A DNA stretch of 64,000 nucleotides from an uncultured Actinomycetes bacterium (GTDB lineage: Bacteria > Actinomycetota > Acidimicrobiia > IMCC26256 > PALSA-610): positions 320,719 through 384,718 of the forward strand of contig CAWFFF010000005.1 of NCBI GenBank assembly GCA_963814995.1. The letters are read 5' to 3'. Position 1 is the stretch's first letter; the number at the start of each line of letters is the position of its first letter. The notes beneath the pieces were generated by a model that had not been told where the DNA came from, made no database searches, and saw nothing but the letters and a program-made list of their open reading frames with translations. This document shows, piece after piece, positions 29,260 to 37,414 of the stretch. The position numbers and the translations under genes were made by a program.

Positions 29260-29504
29260 GGAGAATTTCCTCCCATATGTTCGCGTCACGCAGAGTCCGT
29301 GTGACCCTGCGCCAACCTCGAAGCGTGAGCCTACACGCAGATCGGCGGGTCGCACAGGCAAGACACAACCGATGAGACAAAGACCACTCAACCACGGACC
29401 ACACCCGTCCGAATACGGGAAGTGGGCGTGCTACCGTTCTCCGCTACATACGGTCGGTCAAGTGCTTTGCGCCCCATTGGCCGAATTCGTCAGGGATTCG
29501 CATC

Positions 29505-30524
29505 ATGACTCGAGAAGCATCCTCGGAGATCCCCGGCGCGCCGCGTGCCGGCACGCGCGTGCTGGTCACGGGCGGTGGCGGCTTCATCGGGGGCTGGCTG
29601 GTCGCCGACCTCCTACACCGCGGCTACGAGGTCCGGGCCGCCGACGTGAAGCCGTTCGGCGAGTGGTACCAGGTCCACTCGGGCGCCGAGAACCTCACGC
29701 TCGACCTGAGCCAGATCGGGGCCTGCCGCACCGCCGTCGACGGCATCCAGCAGGTCTTCAACCTCGCCGCCGACATGGGCGGCATGGGCTTCATCGAGCT
29801 CAACAAGGCCGCCTGCATGCTCACCGTGCTCATCAACACCCACATGTTGATGGCGGCGCGCGAGGCGGGGGTCGAGCGCTTCTTCTACTCGTCGTCCGCT
29901 TGCGTGTACGCGGCCGACAAGCAGGTCGACGCCGACGTCACCGCGCTGCGTGAGGCGGACGCCTACCCCGCGATGCCCGAAGACGGTTACGGCTGGGAGA
30001 AGCTGTTCTCGGAGCGGATGTGCCGCCACTTCGAGGAGGACTTCGGCCTGAAGACCCGGGTCGCCCGCTACCACAACGTCTACGGCCCGCAGGGAACCTG
30101 GGACGGCGGTCGCGAGAAGGCACCGGCTGCGATCTGCCGCAAGGTCGCAACCGCGGTGCTCACCGACCTCCCGAAGATCGAGATCTGGGGCGACGGCCAG
30201 CAGACCCGCAGCTTCACGTACATCGACGACTGTGTATACGGCACCGAACGGCTGACGTGGAGCGACGTCAACGAGCCCCTGAACGTGGGTTCGAGCGAGC
30301 TCGTCTCGATCAACCAGATGGTCGACATCGTCGAGGACATCGCGGGCGTCAAGCTCGAGCGCAACTACCTGCTCGACGCACCGAAGGGCGTGCGGGGCCG
30401 CAACTCCGACAACACGCGGATCCTCGAGCTGTTCGGATGGCAGCCGAGCACCACCTTGCGGCAGGGCCTCGAGCAGAACTACCGCTGGGTCTACGACCAG
30501 GTTTCCAAGTCGCTCGGTCGTTGA
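29505..30524 (+). CDS. GDP-mannose 3,5-epimerase-like NAD-dependent epimerase
   Basis: VLVTGGGGFIGGWL, SSSACVY, DGYGWEKLFSE (YxxxK) and the GME-like block RYHNVYGPQGTWDGGREKAPAAICRK. Confidence 0.75.
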   Translation: MTREASSEIPGAPRAGTRVLVTGGGGFIGGWLVADLLHRGYEVRAADVKPFGEWYQVHSGAENLTLDLSQIGACRTAVDGIQQVFNLAADMGGMGFIELNKAACMLTVLINTHMLMAAREAGVERFFYSSSACVYAADKQVDADVTALREADAYPAMPEDGYGWEKLFSERMCRHFEEDFGLKTRVARYHNVYGPQGTWDGGREKAPAAICRKVATAVLTDLPKIEIWGDGQQTRSFTYIDDCVYGTERLTWSDVNEPLNVGSSELVSINQMVDIVEDIAGVKLERNYLLDAPKGVRGRNSDNTRILELFGWQPSTTLRQGLEQNYRWVYDQVSKSLGR

Positions 30525-30545
30525 GGTCGGGTCGGAGGACCTCCC

Positions 30546-31478
30546 TTGGAGCCCCGCACCGCGCGTGACGCGACGATCTGCGTCACGACGTACCAACGCC
30601 CGGTCGGTCTCGCACGGTTGCTCGCGGCCATCGCGCAGCTGGAGGTTCCGGCGGGGTGGGAGTTCGACGTCGTCGTCGTCGACAACGACCCGGCGGGCTC
30701 GGCCCGGTCAGTCGTCGACGCGGCCACGATCCCGAACGTGCGGTACGTCCTCGAGCCCGAACGCGGCATCGCGCAGGTGCGCAACCGCGCCGTCGTCGAG
30801 TCGTCCGGCTCGGCGTGGATTGCGTTCCTCGACGACGACGAGTGGCCCGAGCCCATGTGGTGGCGACGACTCGTCGAAGTGCAGACCGAGTCGGCGGCCG
30901 ACGTCGTGATCGGTCCGTCCGAGCCGGTCTTCGAGAAGGATCCGCCCGCGTGGATACGCGAGGGGCGCTTCTTCGAGCGGGAGCGGTTCGCGACGGGATC
31001 GATCATCCCATTCTGGCTGGCGCGCACGAGCGGCGTCCTGATCCGCCGCACCGCCTTCGAACACCTCGGTCCGCACCCGTTCGACGAGCGCTGCGCGCTG
31101 AGTGGCGGCGAGGACGTGCGCTTCTTCGGGATGCTCGATCGGGCGGGAACGCAGGTCGTCTGGGTCGACGATGCGATCGTCAACGAGCTCGTCCCCGCCT
31201 CACGCTCGAACGCCGGTTGGTTGTTGCGCCGCGCTTTTCGCACCGGGAACTCCCGGGGCGTCACGCTCCAGCTCGAGGGCGCGGGCCTCTGGCTCCGAGC
31301 CCGGCGGGTGGTACGCGGGCTCCTCGACGTGGGCATCGGCCTCGTGCGCACGATCGCGGCCGCGAACGACAAGGCCCGACGCATGCACGGCGTGTCCCGC
31401 TCCGCCCTCGGTATCGGGCTCATCGCCGGTGCGGTCGGCGTCCGCTACGACGAGTACTCCGTCATCCACGGCCGCTGA
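30546..31478 (+). CDS. Glycosyltransferase family 2
   Basis: ICVTTYQRP, VVVVDNDPAGSA and IAFLDDDEWP (the DxD region) point to a GT-A fold. Confidence 0.85.
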   Translation: MEPRTARDATICVTTYQRPVGLARLLAAIAQLEVPAGWEFDVVVVDNDPAGSARSVVDAATIPNVRYVLEPERGIAQVRNRAVVESSGSAWIAFLDDDEWPEPMWWRRLVEVQTESAADVVIGPSEPVFEKDPPAWIREGRFFERERFATGSIIPFWLARTSGVLIRRTAFEHLGPHPFDERCALSGGEDVRFFGMLDRAGTQVVWVDDAIVNELVPASRSNAGWLLRRAFRTGNSRGVTLQLEGAGLWLRARRVVRGLLDVGIGLVRTIAAANDKARRMHGVSRSALGIGLIAGAVGVRYDEYSVIHGR

Positions 31479-31502
31479 CCGCCGACGGGGACACCGATAC
31501 GC

Positions 31503-32717
31503 ATGCCTGCTCAGATGCGAGTGCTCGTGGTCAACCACTCGGCCAAGGTGTGGGGGGCCGAACGGCAGCTCCTCGACCTCCGCCCCCGGCTGCTCGATGC
31601 CGGCATCACGATCACGCTCGCCTGCCCACCCGGTTCGGACCTCGAGCGCACCTGGGCGGCGACCGGTTCCCCGACGATCGCCTACGCGCCCGCGGGCGCA
31701 CTCGGTTTGCGCGCACCGGACGGGAGCCGCGCGGGCCTCGGTCCGATGGTGCGCCAGGTGGGCGTCACCGCGGTCGGCGCCCGGCGGGTTGCCGGGCTGA
31801 TCCGCGCCGTCGACGCGCACGTCGTCGAGTCGTACACCCTGAACGCGAACCTCGAGGTGCTGCTCGCCGGTCGCGCGACCCGCACGCCGTCTGTCCTCGA
31901 CGTGCACGACATCGTCGTGCCAGGCGTCGGCCGCCGCCTCCTCGGCTACCAGGCGCGCGCCGCCGCGCTCACGATCGCCAACAGTCGAGCGACGGCGTCG
32001 ACGATGGGTGAAGGTCGGATCCGGGTGATCTACCCCGGCGTCGACGTCGCCCGGTTCCGCCCGGGCCCCGCCGACCCACAGGTCCGGGCCCGGCTCGCGA
32101 CGCACCCGGACCGCCCGATCATCGGCATCCTCGGCCGTATCGATCCGGAGAAGGGCATCGACCTCGTTGCACGCGCGGTGTCGCATCTGCGCGCGCCGCA
32201 TGACGGTGCGCAGCTGGTCGTCGTGGGCGCTCCCCTGGTCGGCAGCCAGGAGTACGCCGAGTCCGTCCGCACCGAGGTCGCACGGTTGCTCGGCGATCGG
32301 GCCCGCTTCGTCGGGCCCACCGACGACGTTCCCTCCGTGTTGCGCAACCTCGACGTGCTCGTCAACGCGTCCCGTGCCGAACCCTTCGGCCTCACCGTCC
32401 TCGAAGCGCAGGCGTGCGGCGTCGCGGTCGTCGCGAGCGCGGCCGGGGGGATCCCCGAGTTCGTGCACGACGGCGAGAACGGCCTCCTCTTCGGTCCCGG
32501 CGACGAGACCGCATTGACCGGGGCGCTCGAGCGCATGCTCGACGACGACGCGCTGCGCACCCGACTCGCCGCGAAAGGCCTCGAAACGGCGCACGACAAG
32601 TCGATGGATCGTCAGGCGACGCAGGTAGCGGACGCGTACCGCTCGGTCGGCACGGACATGCCTGCGCGTCGCCGGCGGCGCTCGTCAGCCGGCCGAAAGA
32701 GCCCGTGGACCCGATGA
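31503..32717 (+). CDS. Glycosyltransferase family 4 (GT-B)
   Basis: MRVLVVNHSAKVWGAERQLLDL... with C-terminal VLVNASRAEPFGLTVLEAQACGVAVVASAAGGIPEFVHDGENGLLF. Confidence 0.88.
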   Translation: MPAQMRVLVVNHSAKVWGAERQLLDLRPRLLDAGITITLACPPGSDLERTWAATGSPTIAYAPAGALGLRAPDGSRAGLGPMVRQVGVTAVGARRVAGLIRAVDAHVVESYTLNANLEVLLAGRATRTPSVLDVHDIVVPGVGRRLLGYQARAAALTIANSRATASTMGEGRIRVIYPGVDVARFRPGPADPQVRARLATHPDRPIIGILGRIDPEKGIDLVARAVSHLRAPHDGAQLVVVGAPLVGSQEYAESVRTEVARLLGDRARFVGPTDDVPSVLRNLDVLVNASRAEPFGLTVLEAQACGVAVVASAAGGIPEFVHDGENGLLFGPGDETALTGALERMLDDDALRTRLAAKGLETAHDKSMDRQATQVADAYRSVGTDMPARRRRRSSAGRKSPWTR

Positions 32718-34786
32718 GAGCTTCTCCGGACCCCCATTACAATCGGACAATGATTCCGCCCGTCCCCCGCGAGAGCTCGTCGTCGCAGACGCCCGTGCGC
32801 GTCACGATCGCGCTCCCGGTCTACAACGGGGAGAACTTCATCGAGGCCGCGCTCGACTCGATCCTGCAACAGACCTACGACGAGTTCGAGCTGCTCATCT
32901 CCGACAACGGATCCACCGACGGCACTCGCGAAATCTGCCTGCGCTACGCCGCGCAGGACAGCCGCATCCGCTACGTCCGCTCCGACGTGAATCGCGGCGC
33001 CGGGTGGAATTACGAGAACGCCCGGGCGCTCGCCCGCGGCACCGACTACTTCAAGTGGGCGGCGCACGACGACATCATCGCCCCCACGTTCTTGGAGCGT
33101 TGCGTCGCCGCGCTCGACGCCGATCCCGACGCGGTCCTCGCCTTCAGCGGGGTGGCGGCCATCGACGCCGAAGGCAACGTGATCCGTTTGAAGCGACGCC
33201 AGGTGGAGGCGTTGCGGCCGCGCCCGAGCGAACGGTTCCGCGGGGTCATCTGCACCGACGCCGATCCGGAAGCGGTCTTCGGGCTGATGCGCGTCGACGC
33301 GTTGGTCAACACTCGTGGACAAGGCGACTACGTGGCATCCGATCGCGTCCTGCTCGCCGAACTGGCGCTACAGGGGACATTCCACGAGGTTCCCGAGGTG
33401 CTGCTGTTCAATCGCGACCATCCGTCACGATCCGTGCGGATCACCGGCGGCGACTTCCGTCAACTCACGTCGTGGTTCGCGCCCGACAAGCCCGAACAGT
33501 TCATGCCGAACTGGCGACTGTGGCGCGAGTACGCGCACGCCGCCCGGCACACGCCGATCTCCTTCGCGGAGCGCGTGCGCTGCATGTTGCTCCTGCCGGC
33601 GTTCCTCCAGGACCACGGCACGAAGCTGCTCGGCGACACGCGCTTCTTCGCACGCCGAATGTTCCGGCCGTGGCGCAGGCCGTCGGGGCGAACGTCACGG
33701 GCCGAGGCGGCGCCCACGGTCCTGGTGATCGACGCGTCCGACCGGGGCGGCATCGCGCGGTACACCGCCGCGCTCGTCAGCGCCCTGCGCGAGGCCGGGA
33801 TCCCTGTCGCGATCGCGGCCCCTCGCGGCCGGCAACTCGACGCGCGGCCGATCTCGCACATCCCGTGGGGCGACGAGATCGCGGGTTGGCCCACGTGGCG
33901 ATTCCGCCTGCTCCTCCTGCGCAAGCTCCCCCGCCGGGTGCTGAGCGTCGCGCTCGCGGTACGGCGCGCGAGGCCGCAGGTCGTGCACCTGCAGACGATC
34001 GTCGGCGGACCCTTCGATCCCCTCTTGATGCGCTACTGGCACGCTCGAGGCATCCGCCTGGTCCGGACGGTTCACGACGCGGTCGCGCACGCCGACAGTG
34101 GCTCGGCCCGACGCGATCGGAAGGTCTGGCGGCTCGCCGACCTCGTCATCGTCCACGGCAACGGCGCCCGCGACGCGATCGAGGCCGCGGCTCCGAACAC
34201 CGAGGTGCGGGTCATCCCGGCCGACCCGCCGCCCCTGTACGCACCGTCCCGGCGAGAGGCACGCACCGCGCTCGGACTCGACGACCGCCCGCGGGCACTG
34301 CTGCTCGGCATCATTCGCGCCTACAAGGGGATCGGCATCATCGCCGACGCCTGGCCGGCGGTGCGCGCGGCGATGCCCGACGCCGAGCTGACGGTCGTCG
34401 GCTCGCTCCCCGAGCCGCTCGCCGACTTCGACCGGCTCGCCGCGCTCGACGGCGTCGACGTGCACCTCGGCTGGACGAGCGACGACGACATGCTGCGCTG
34501 GGCCGCGGCGGCCGACTTGTGCGTGCTCCCCTACGCGCACGGCGTCCACTCCGCGATCATGCACAACGCCGTCGTCGGCGGGACTCCCGTGCTCGCGAGC
34601 CCCTGCCTCGCCGAGGAGCTCGAGCGACTGCAGGCCGGTCGCATCGTGCCGCTCGACCCGGCACTGTGGTCGAGCGCGATCATCGACGCGCTGGGCGCCC
34701 ACCCGTTGCCGGTGCCGGCTGAGCCCGTGCGCGGCGCCCAGGCCAAGATCACCATCGCCGCGTACGAAGAACTACTGACCGACTGA
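32714..34786 (+). CDS. Bifunctional glycosyltransferase (N-terminal GT2 fused to a C-terminal GT-B/GT4-like domain)
   Basis: GT2 part: VTIALPVYNGENFIEAALDSILQQTY.EFELLISDNGSTDGT, WAAHDD. GT-B part from about aa 330: VLVIDASDRGGIARYT... The ATGA overlap at 32714-32717 gives the start; an alternative ATG lies at 32750. Confidence 0.8.
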   Translation: MRASPDPHYNRTMIPPVPRESSSSQTPVRVTIALPVYNGENFIEAALDSILQQTYDEFELLISDNGSTDGTREICLRYAAQDSRIRYVRSDVNRGAGWNYENARALARGTDYFKWAAHDDIIAPTFLERCVAALDADPDAVLAFSGVAAIDAEGNVIRLKRRQVEALRPRPSERFRGVICTDADPEAVFGLMRVDALVNTRGQGDYVASDRVLLAELALQGTFHEVPEVLLFNRDHPSRSVRITGGDFRQLTSWFAPDKPEQFMPNWRLWREYAHAARHTPISFAERVRCMLLLPAFLQDHGTKLLGDTRFFARRMFRPWRRPSGRTSRAEAAPTVLVIDASDRGGIARYTAALVSALREAGIPVAIAAPRGRQLDARPISHIPWGDEIAGWPTWRFRLLLLRKLPRRVLSVALAVRRARPQVVHLQTIVGGPFDPLLMRYWHARGIRLVRTVHDAVAHADSGSARRDRKVWRLADLVIVHGNGARDAIEAAAPNTEVRVIPADPPPLYAPSRREARTALGLDDRPRALLLGIIRAYKGIGIIADAWPAVRAAMPDAELTVVGSLPEPLADFDRLAALDGVDVHLGWTSDDDMLRWAAAADLCVLPYAHGVHSAIMHNAVVGGTPVLASPCLAEELERLQAGRIVPLDPALWSSAIIDALGAHPLPVPAEPVRGAQAKITIAAYEELLTD

Positions 34787-34790
34787 CCGC

Positions 34791-35849
34791 TCACCCCAGC
34801 AGTGCGTGGGCGCGGGAAGTGCGCTCACGCACGCGGCGTGAGTCGTTGACGAGCACGACTCCGCGGCAAGGGATCCCCGCGTGTTCGATCGTCTTCACCG
34901 CGGCCGCGATGTCTTGTATCGACGACGTGCGGGCGTCGACGGCGAGCACGCACGGCGGGTACTCCTCGTCGACGAGGGCGCGGAGGCACACTTGGTCGAG
35001 CAACGGACCGGCGACGACGCCGAGACGGGGCACTCCAGGGGTCGAGATCGGGGTGCGACCTTCGGCGAGTTCCTTCGCGCCCCGGCGCAGCAGCTTCGCC
35101 AACCAGTCGCTCAGACTGCGGTCGTATACCGCGGTCACGACGACGCGGCCGGCATCGTAGTCGTCCTGGAGCAGGACGGCGACGACCGAGGCGAGCTGAT
35201 ACGCCTTGCGTTGATGTCGCCGAGCCGTGCCGACGGTGCCGAGGACCCGCACGCCCCGGCGGCGCAGCGCACCCGACGTGTCGCGGGCTTCTTCGAAGCG
35301 TTGTGCACCGAAGGCGACGAGGAGAAAGGCGAACAGGGCCAGGACGAAGACGGCGGCGAAGCTCAACAGTCGCGCCTTCCGTCCCGTCACGCCCGCACCG
35401 TCGGCCTGGTCGAGGAGCTGGATGTCGAGGTAGGGGTCGGTCTTCATGCGCTCGACGAGCGCGCGCGACAACGCGGTGCTCCACGCGATCGCGGCGTTCG
35501 CGTTCTGCGAATCGACGCTGACGGCCAGCGCGCTCGCCTGCGCGTCGTACGTCGCGGCGACGCTGACGGGGATCGAGCCGTACTCGACCGGCACCGACGG
35601 TGCCGCGGCCTTGTGCAGCGATTGACTCTGCGCGATCACGACCACGTTCGGGAGGATGACGCGCAGCACAGTCGCCGACGCGAGCTGGAAGCGTTCCGCA
35701 CGCGGAGTGACGAGGACCGTGCTGGTCGCCTGATACTTCTGCGGCGGGTGACCGATCGAGACGAGCCCGACGCACAACACCAGGATCGCGACGACGACGC
35801 TCGCCCGCACGTGACGCCGGAGCGCGCGCCGGAACTCGATCAGGTCCAT
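34791..35849 (-). CDS. Polysaccharide co-polymerase (Wzz/PCP-like) with a degenerate kinase-like C-terminal domain
   Basis: TM1 ASVVVAILVLCVGLVSI, an extracytoplasmic domain and TM2 LLSFAAVFVLALFAFLLVAFG. A cytoplasmic domain of about 160 aa has VVVTAVYDRSLSDWLA where BY-kinases carry Walker A, so there is no GK[ST]. Confidence 0.65.
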   Translation of the reverse strand: MDLIEFRRALRRHVRASVVVAILVLCVGLVSIGHPPQKYQATSTVLVTPRAERFQLASATVLRVILPNVVVIAQSQSLHKAAAPSVPVEYGSIPVSVAATYDAQASALAVSVDSQNANAAIAWSTALSRALVERMKTDPYLDIQLLDQADGAGVTGRKARLLSFAAVFVLALFAFLLVAFGAQRFEEARDTSGALRRRGVRVLGTVGTARRHQRKAYQLASVVAVLLQDDYDAGRVVVTAVYDRSLSDWLAKLLRRGAKELAEGRTPISTPGVPRLGVVAGPLLDQVCLRALVDEEYPPCVLAVDARTSSIQDIAAAVKTIEHAGIPCRGVVLVNDSRRVRERTSRAHALLG

Positions 35850-37246
35850 ACCGGCTCCGACCACTGAGTCTCGGCGATGTCGCCGATCTCCGCCTTGGCG
35901 CCCTCCGCCTTGGCGGCCTGGGCGATGACCCCGACGAACAGCCCGAACACGAGCGCGAGCCGATATTTCTGGGTCACGCTCTCGACGAGCCCCTTCGCCA
36001 CGAGTTGCACCAGAACGATGCCCGCCGCGAGCGCGGCGGCCGCGTACGCGGAGTTGCGCGCAGTGCGCCAGGTCGTGAACGCGCTGCCGAGCGACGTCCC
36101 CAACGCGATCACGAAGAGGCCGAGGCCGGCGACGCCGGTCGTCACCGCGATGTCGATCGCGATGTCGTGGAAGTCACCGCCCGTGAACGGGTCCTCCGAT
36201 CCGTTGTCCTGGAAGATGTTGAAGTTCTGCCCGAGTCCCCACCCGAAGACGGGGCGCTCCTGAATGAGGTGCCGACCGAGCTTCCAGACGCGCAGGCGGA
36301 TGTTGGCGGACTGCGTCTTGCCGACGCCCGTGAAGCTTCCGGTGAGGCTCGACACGACCGGCACCGCCGACGAGCTCGGGGTGGTGCGCGCCGCGAGCAC
36401 TGCGGCCGTCCCGATCGGGATCATGAGTACGGCGACCACCGGCAGCAACTGACTCAACCGCGCGCTCGAACGGCGTCGCCACGGCCGTCCGACCACGACA
36501 ATGAGCGCGCACACCAACGTGACGCCCAGCCCGATGAGCGCGGCGCGCTGGCCCGTGACGATGCCCGCGACCATCATGAGACCGCACCACGCGCAGACGC
36601 CGGGACGCGGCGACGGATGGCACAGCTCCACGAGCAACAGCAGGAACGCGAGCGACAGCAGGATCGTCGCGGTGTCGGCACCCAAGCTGCTGCCGAACCC
36701 GGCCAGCGGGAGTAGGGGAAACGCGACGGAGTGATTGGCGAACGCGGCCCCGATGGGTACGAGCGACGCGAGGCCGAGCGTCCACGCGGCCTTGCCCACG
36801 AACTCGGGTGAGGTCACCCGCGCGAGCGGCACGCCGGCCATCAGGATCGCCATTCCGCCCGCTTCGAGCACGAACTTCGTCTGGAAGATCACGAGGACCG
36901 AGTCGTGCCCGTTCGCGAGACCGATCGGCGCGGCCACCACGAACATCGCGAAGAAGGCAAACCATGCGAGCCCCATGCCGGTGACGCGCCGCGGAAGTCC
37001 ACGCGCGATCAGGCGGGCGACGAGTGCCAGCACGATCACGAGATCCGCGGTCCGGTAGTCGTGGCCCATGATCGTGGGCCGGAGGATGCCCGCCGGTTCC
37101 GATCCGCCGTCGGGGTAGACGAGCGCGTCGAAGACGACGACGGCTAGAATGACGAGAACGATGATCTCGGGCCGCCCGCGCTCTTCGAAGATCACGCACG
37201 CGATGACGCCGACGACCGCGAAGACCGCGACGGCGACGATGAGCAT
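35840..37246 (-). CDS. O-antigen polymerase/ligase-family membrane protein (Wzy-like)
   Basis: At least 10 TM helices with a large loop near the C-terminus. Contains WGLGQNF and a DFHDIAIDIAVTTG-type motif region. The start is ATG 37246 or GTG 37258. Confidence 0.7.
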   Translation of the reverse strand: MLIVAVAVFAVVGVIACVIFEERGRPEIIVLVILAVVVFDALVYPDGGSEPAGILRPTIMGHDYRTADLVIVLALVARLIARGLPRRVTGMGLAWFAFFAMFVVAAPIGLANGHDSVLVIFQTKFVLEAGGMAILMAGVPLARVTSPEFVGKAAWTLGLASLVPIGAAFANHSVAFPLLPLAGFGSSLGADTATILLSLAFLLLLVELCHPSPRPGVCAWCGLMMVAGIVTGQRAALIGLGVTLVCALIVVVGRPWRRRSSARLSQLLPVVAVLMIPIGTAAVLAARTTPSSSAVPVVSSLTGSFTGVGKTQSANIRLRVWKLGRHLIQERPVFGWGLGQNFNIFQDNGSEDPFTGGDFHDIAIDIAVTTGVAGLGLFVIALGTSLGSAFTTWRTARNSAYAAAALAAGIVLVQLVAKGLVESVTQKYRLALVFGLFVGVIAQAAKAEGAKAEIGDIAETQWSEPVWT

Positions 37247-37414
37247 CGTCGTACTCACTTGTTCACAGATCGAACGATGACTGATCGAACGATGATGTCG
37301 GGGACCAGTCGGGTCCGCATCTCTCGCTCCACGGGTCGCGCAGACGGTCACCCAGCCCGGCGGAGCGTAGCTCACGGTTGTGCCCGGGCCCGGACACAAC
37401 CGTGAGCGAGACTC

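Noticed and set aside
26282-29275. Canonical lasso-peptide cluster
   Set aside because: No asparagine-synthetase-like cyclase and no transglutaminase-like B2 protease occur anywhere in the window. The peptide lacks a convincing leader Thr(-2)/Gly1...Asp/Glu7-9 arrangement with a leader of adequate length.
29149-29391. 80-aa version of the small ORF, starting at the ATG at 29391
   Set aside because: The upstream 44 codons (MSGLCLIGCVLPVRPADLRVGS...) have no RBS and lie in the divergent promoter region. The internal GTG at 29259 has a strong GGGAGG at proper spacing, so the 36-aa form is preferred. Even that is only moderately supported.
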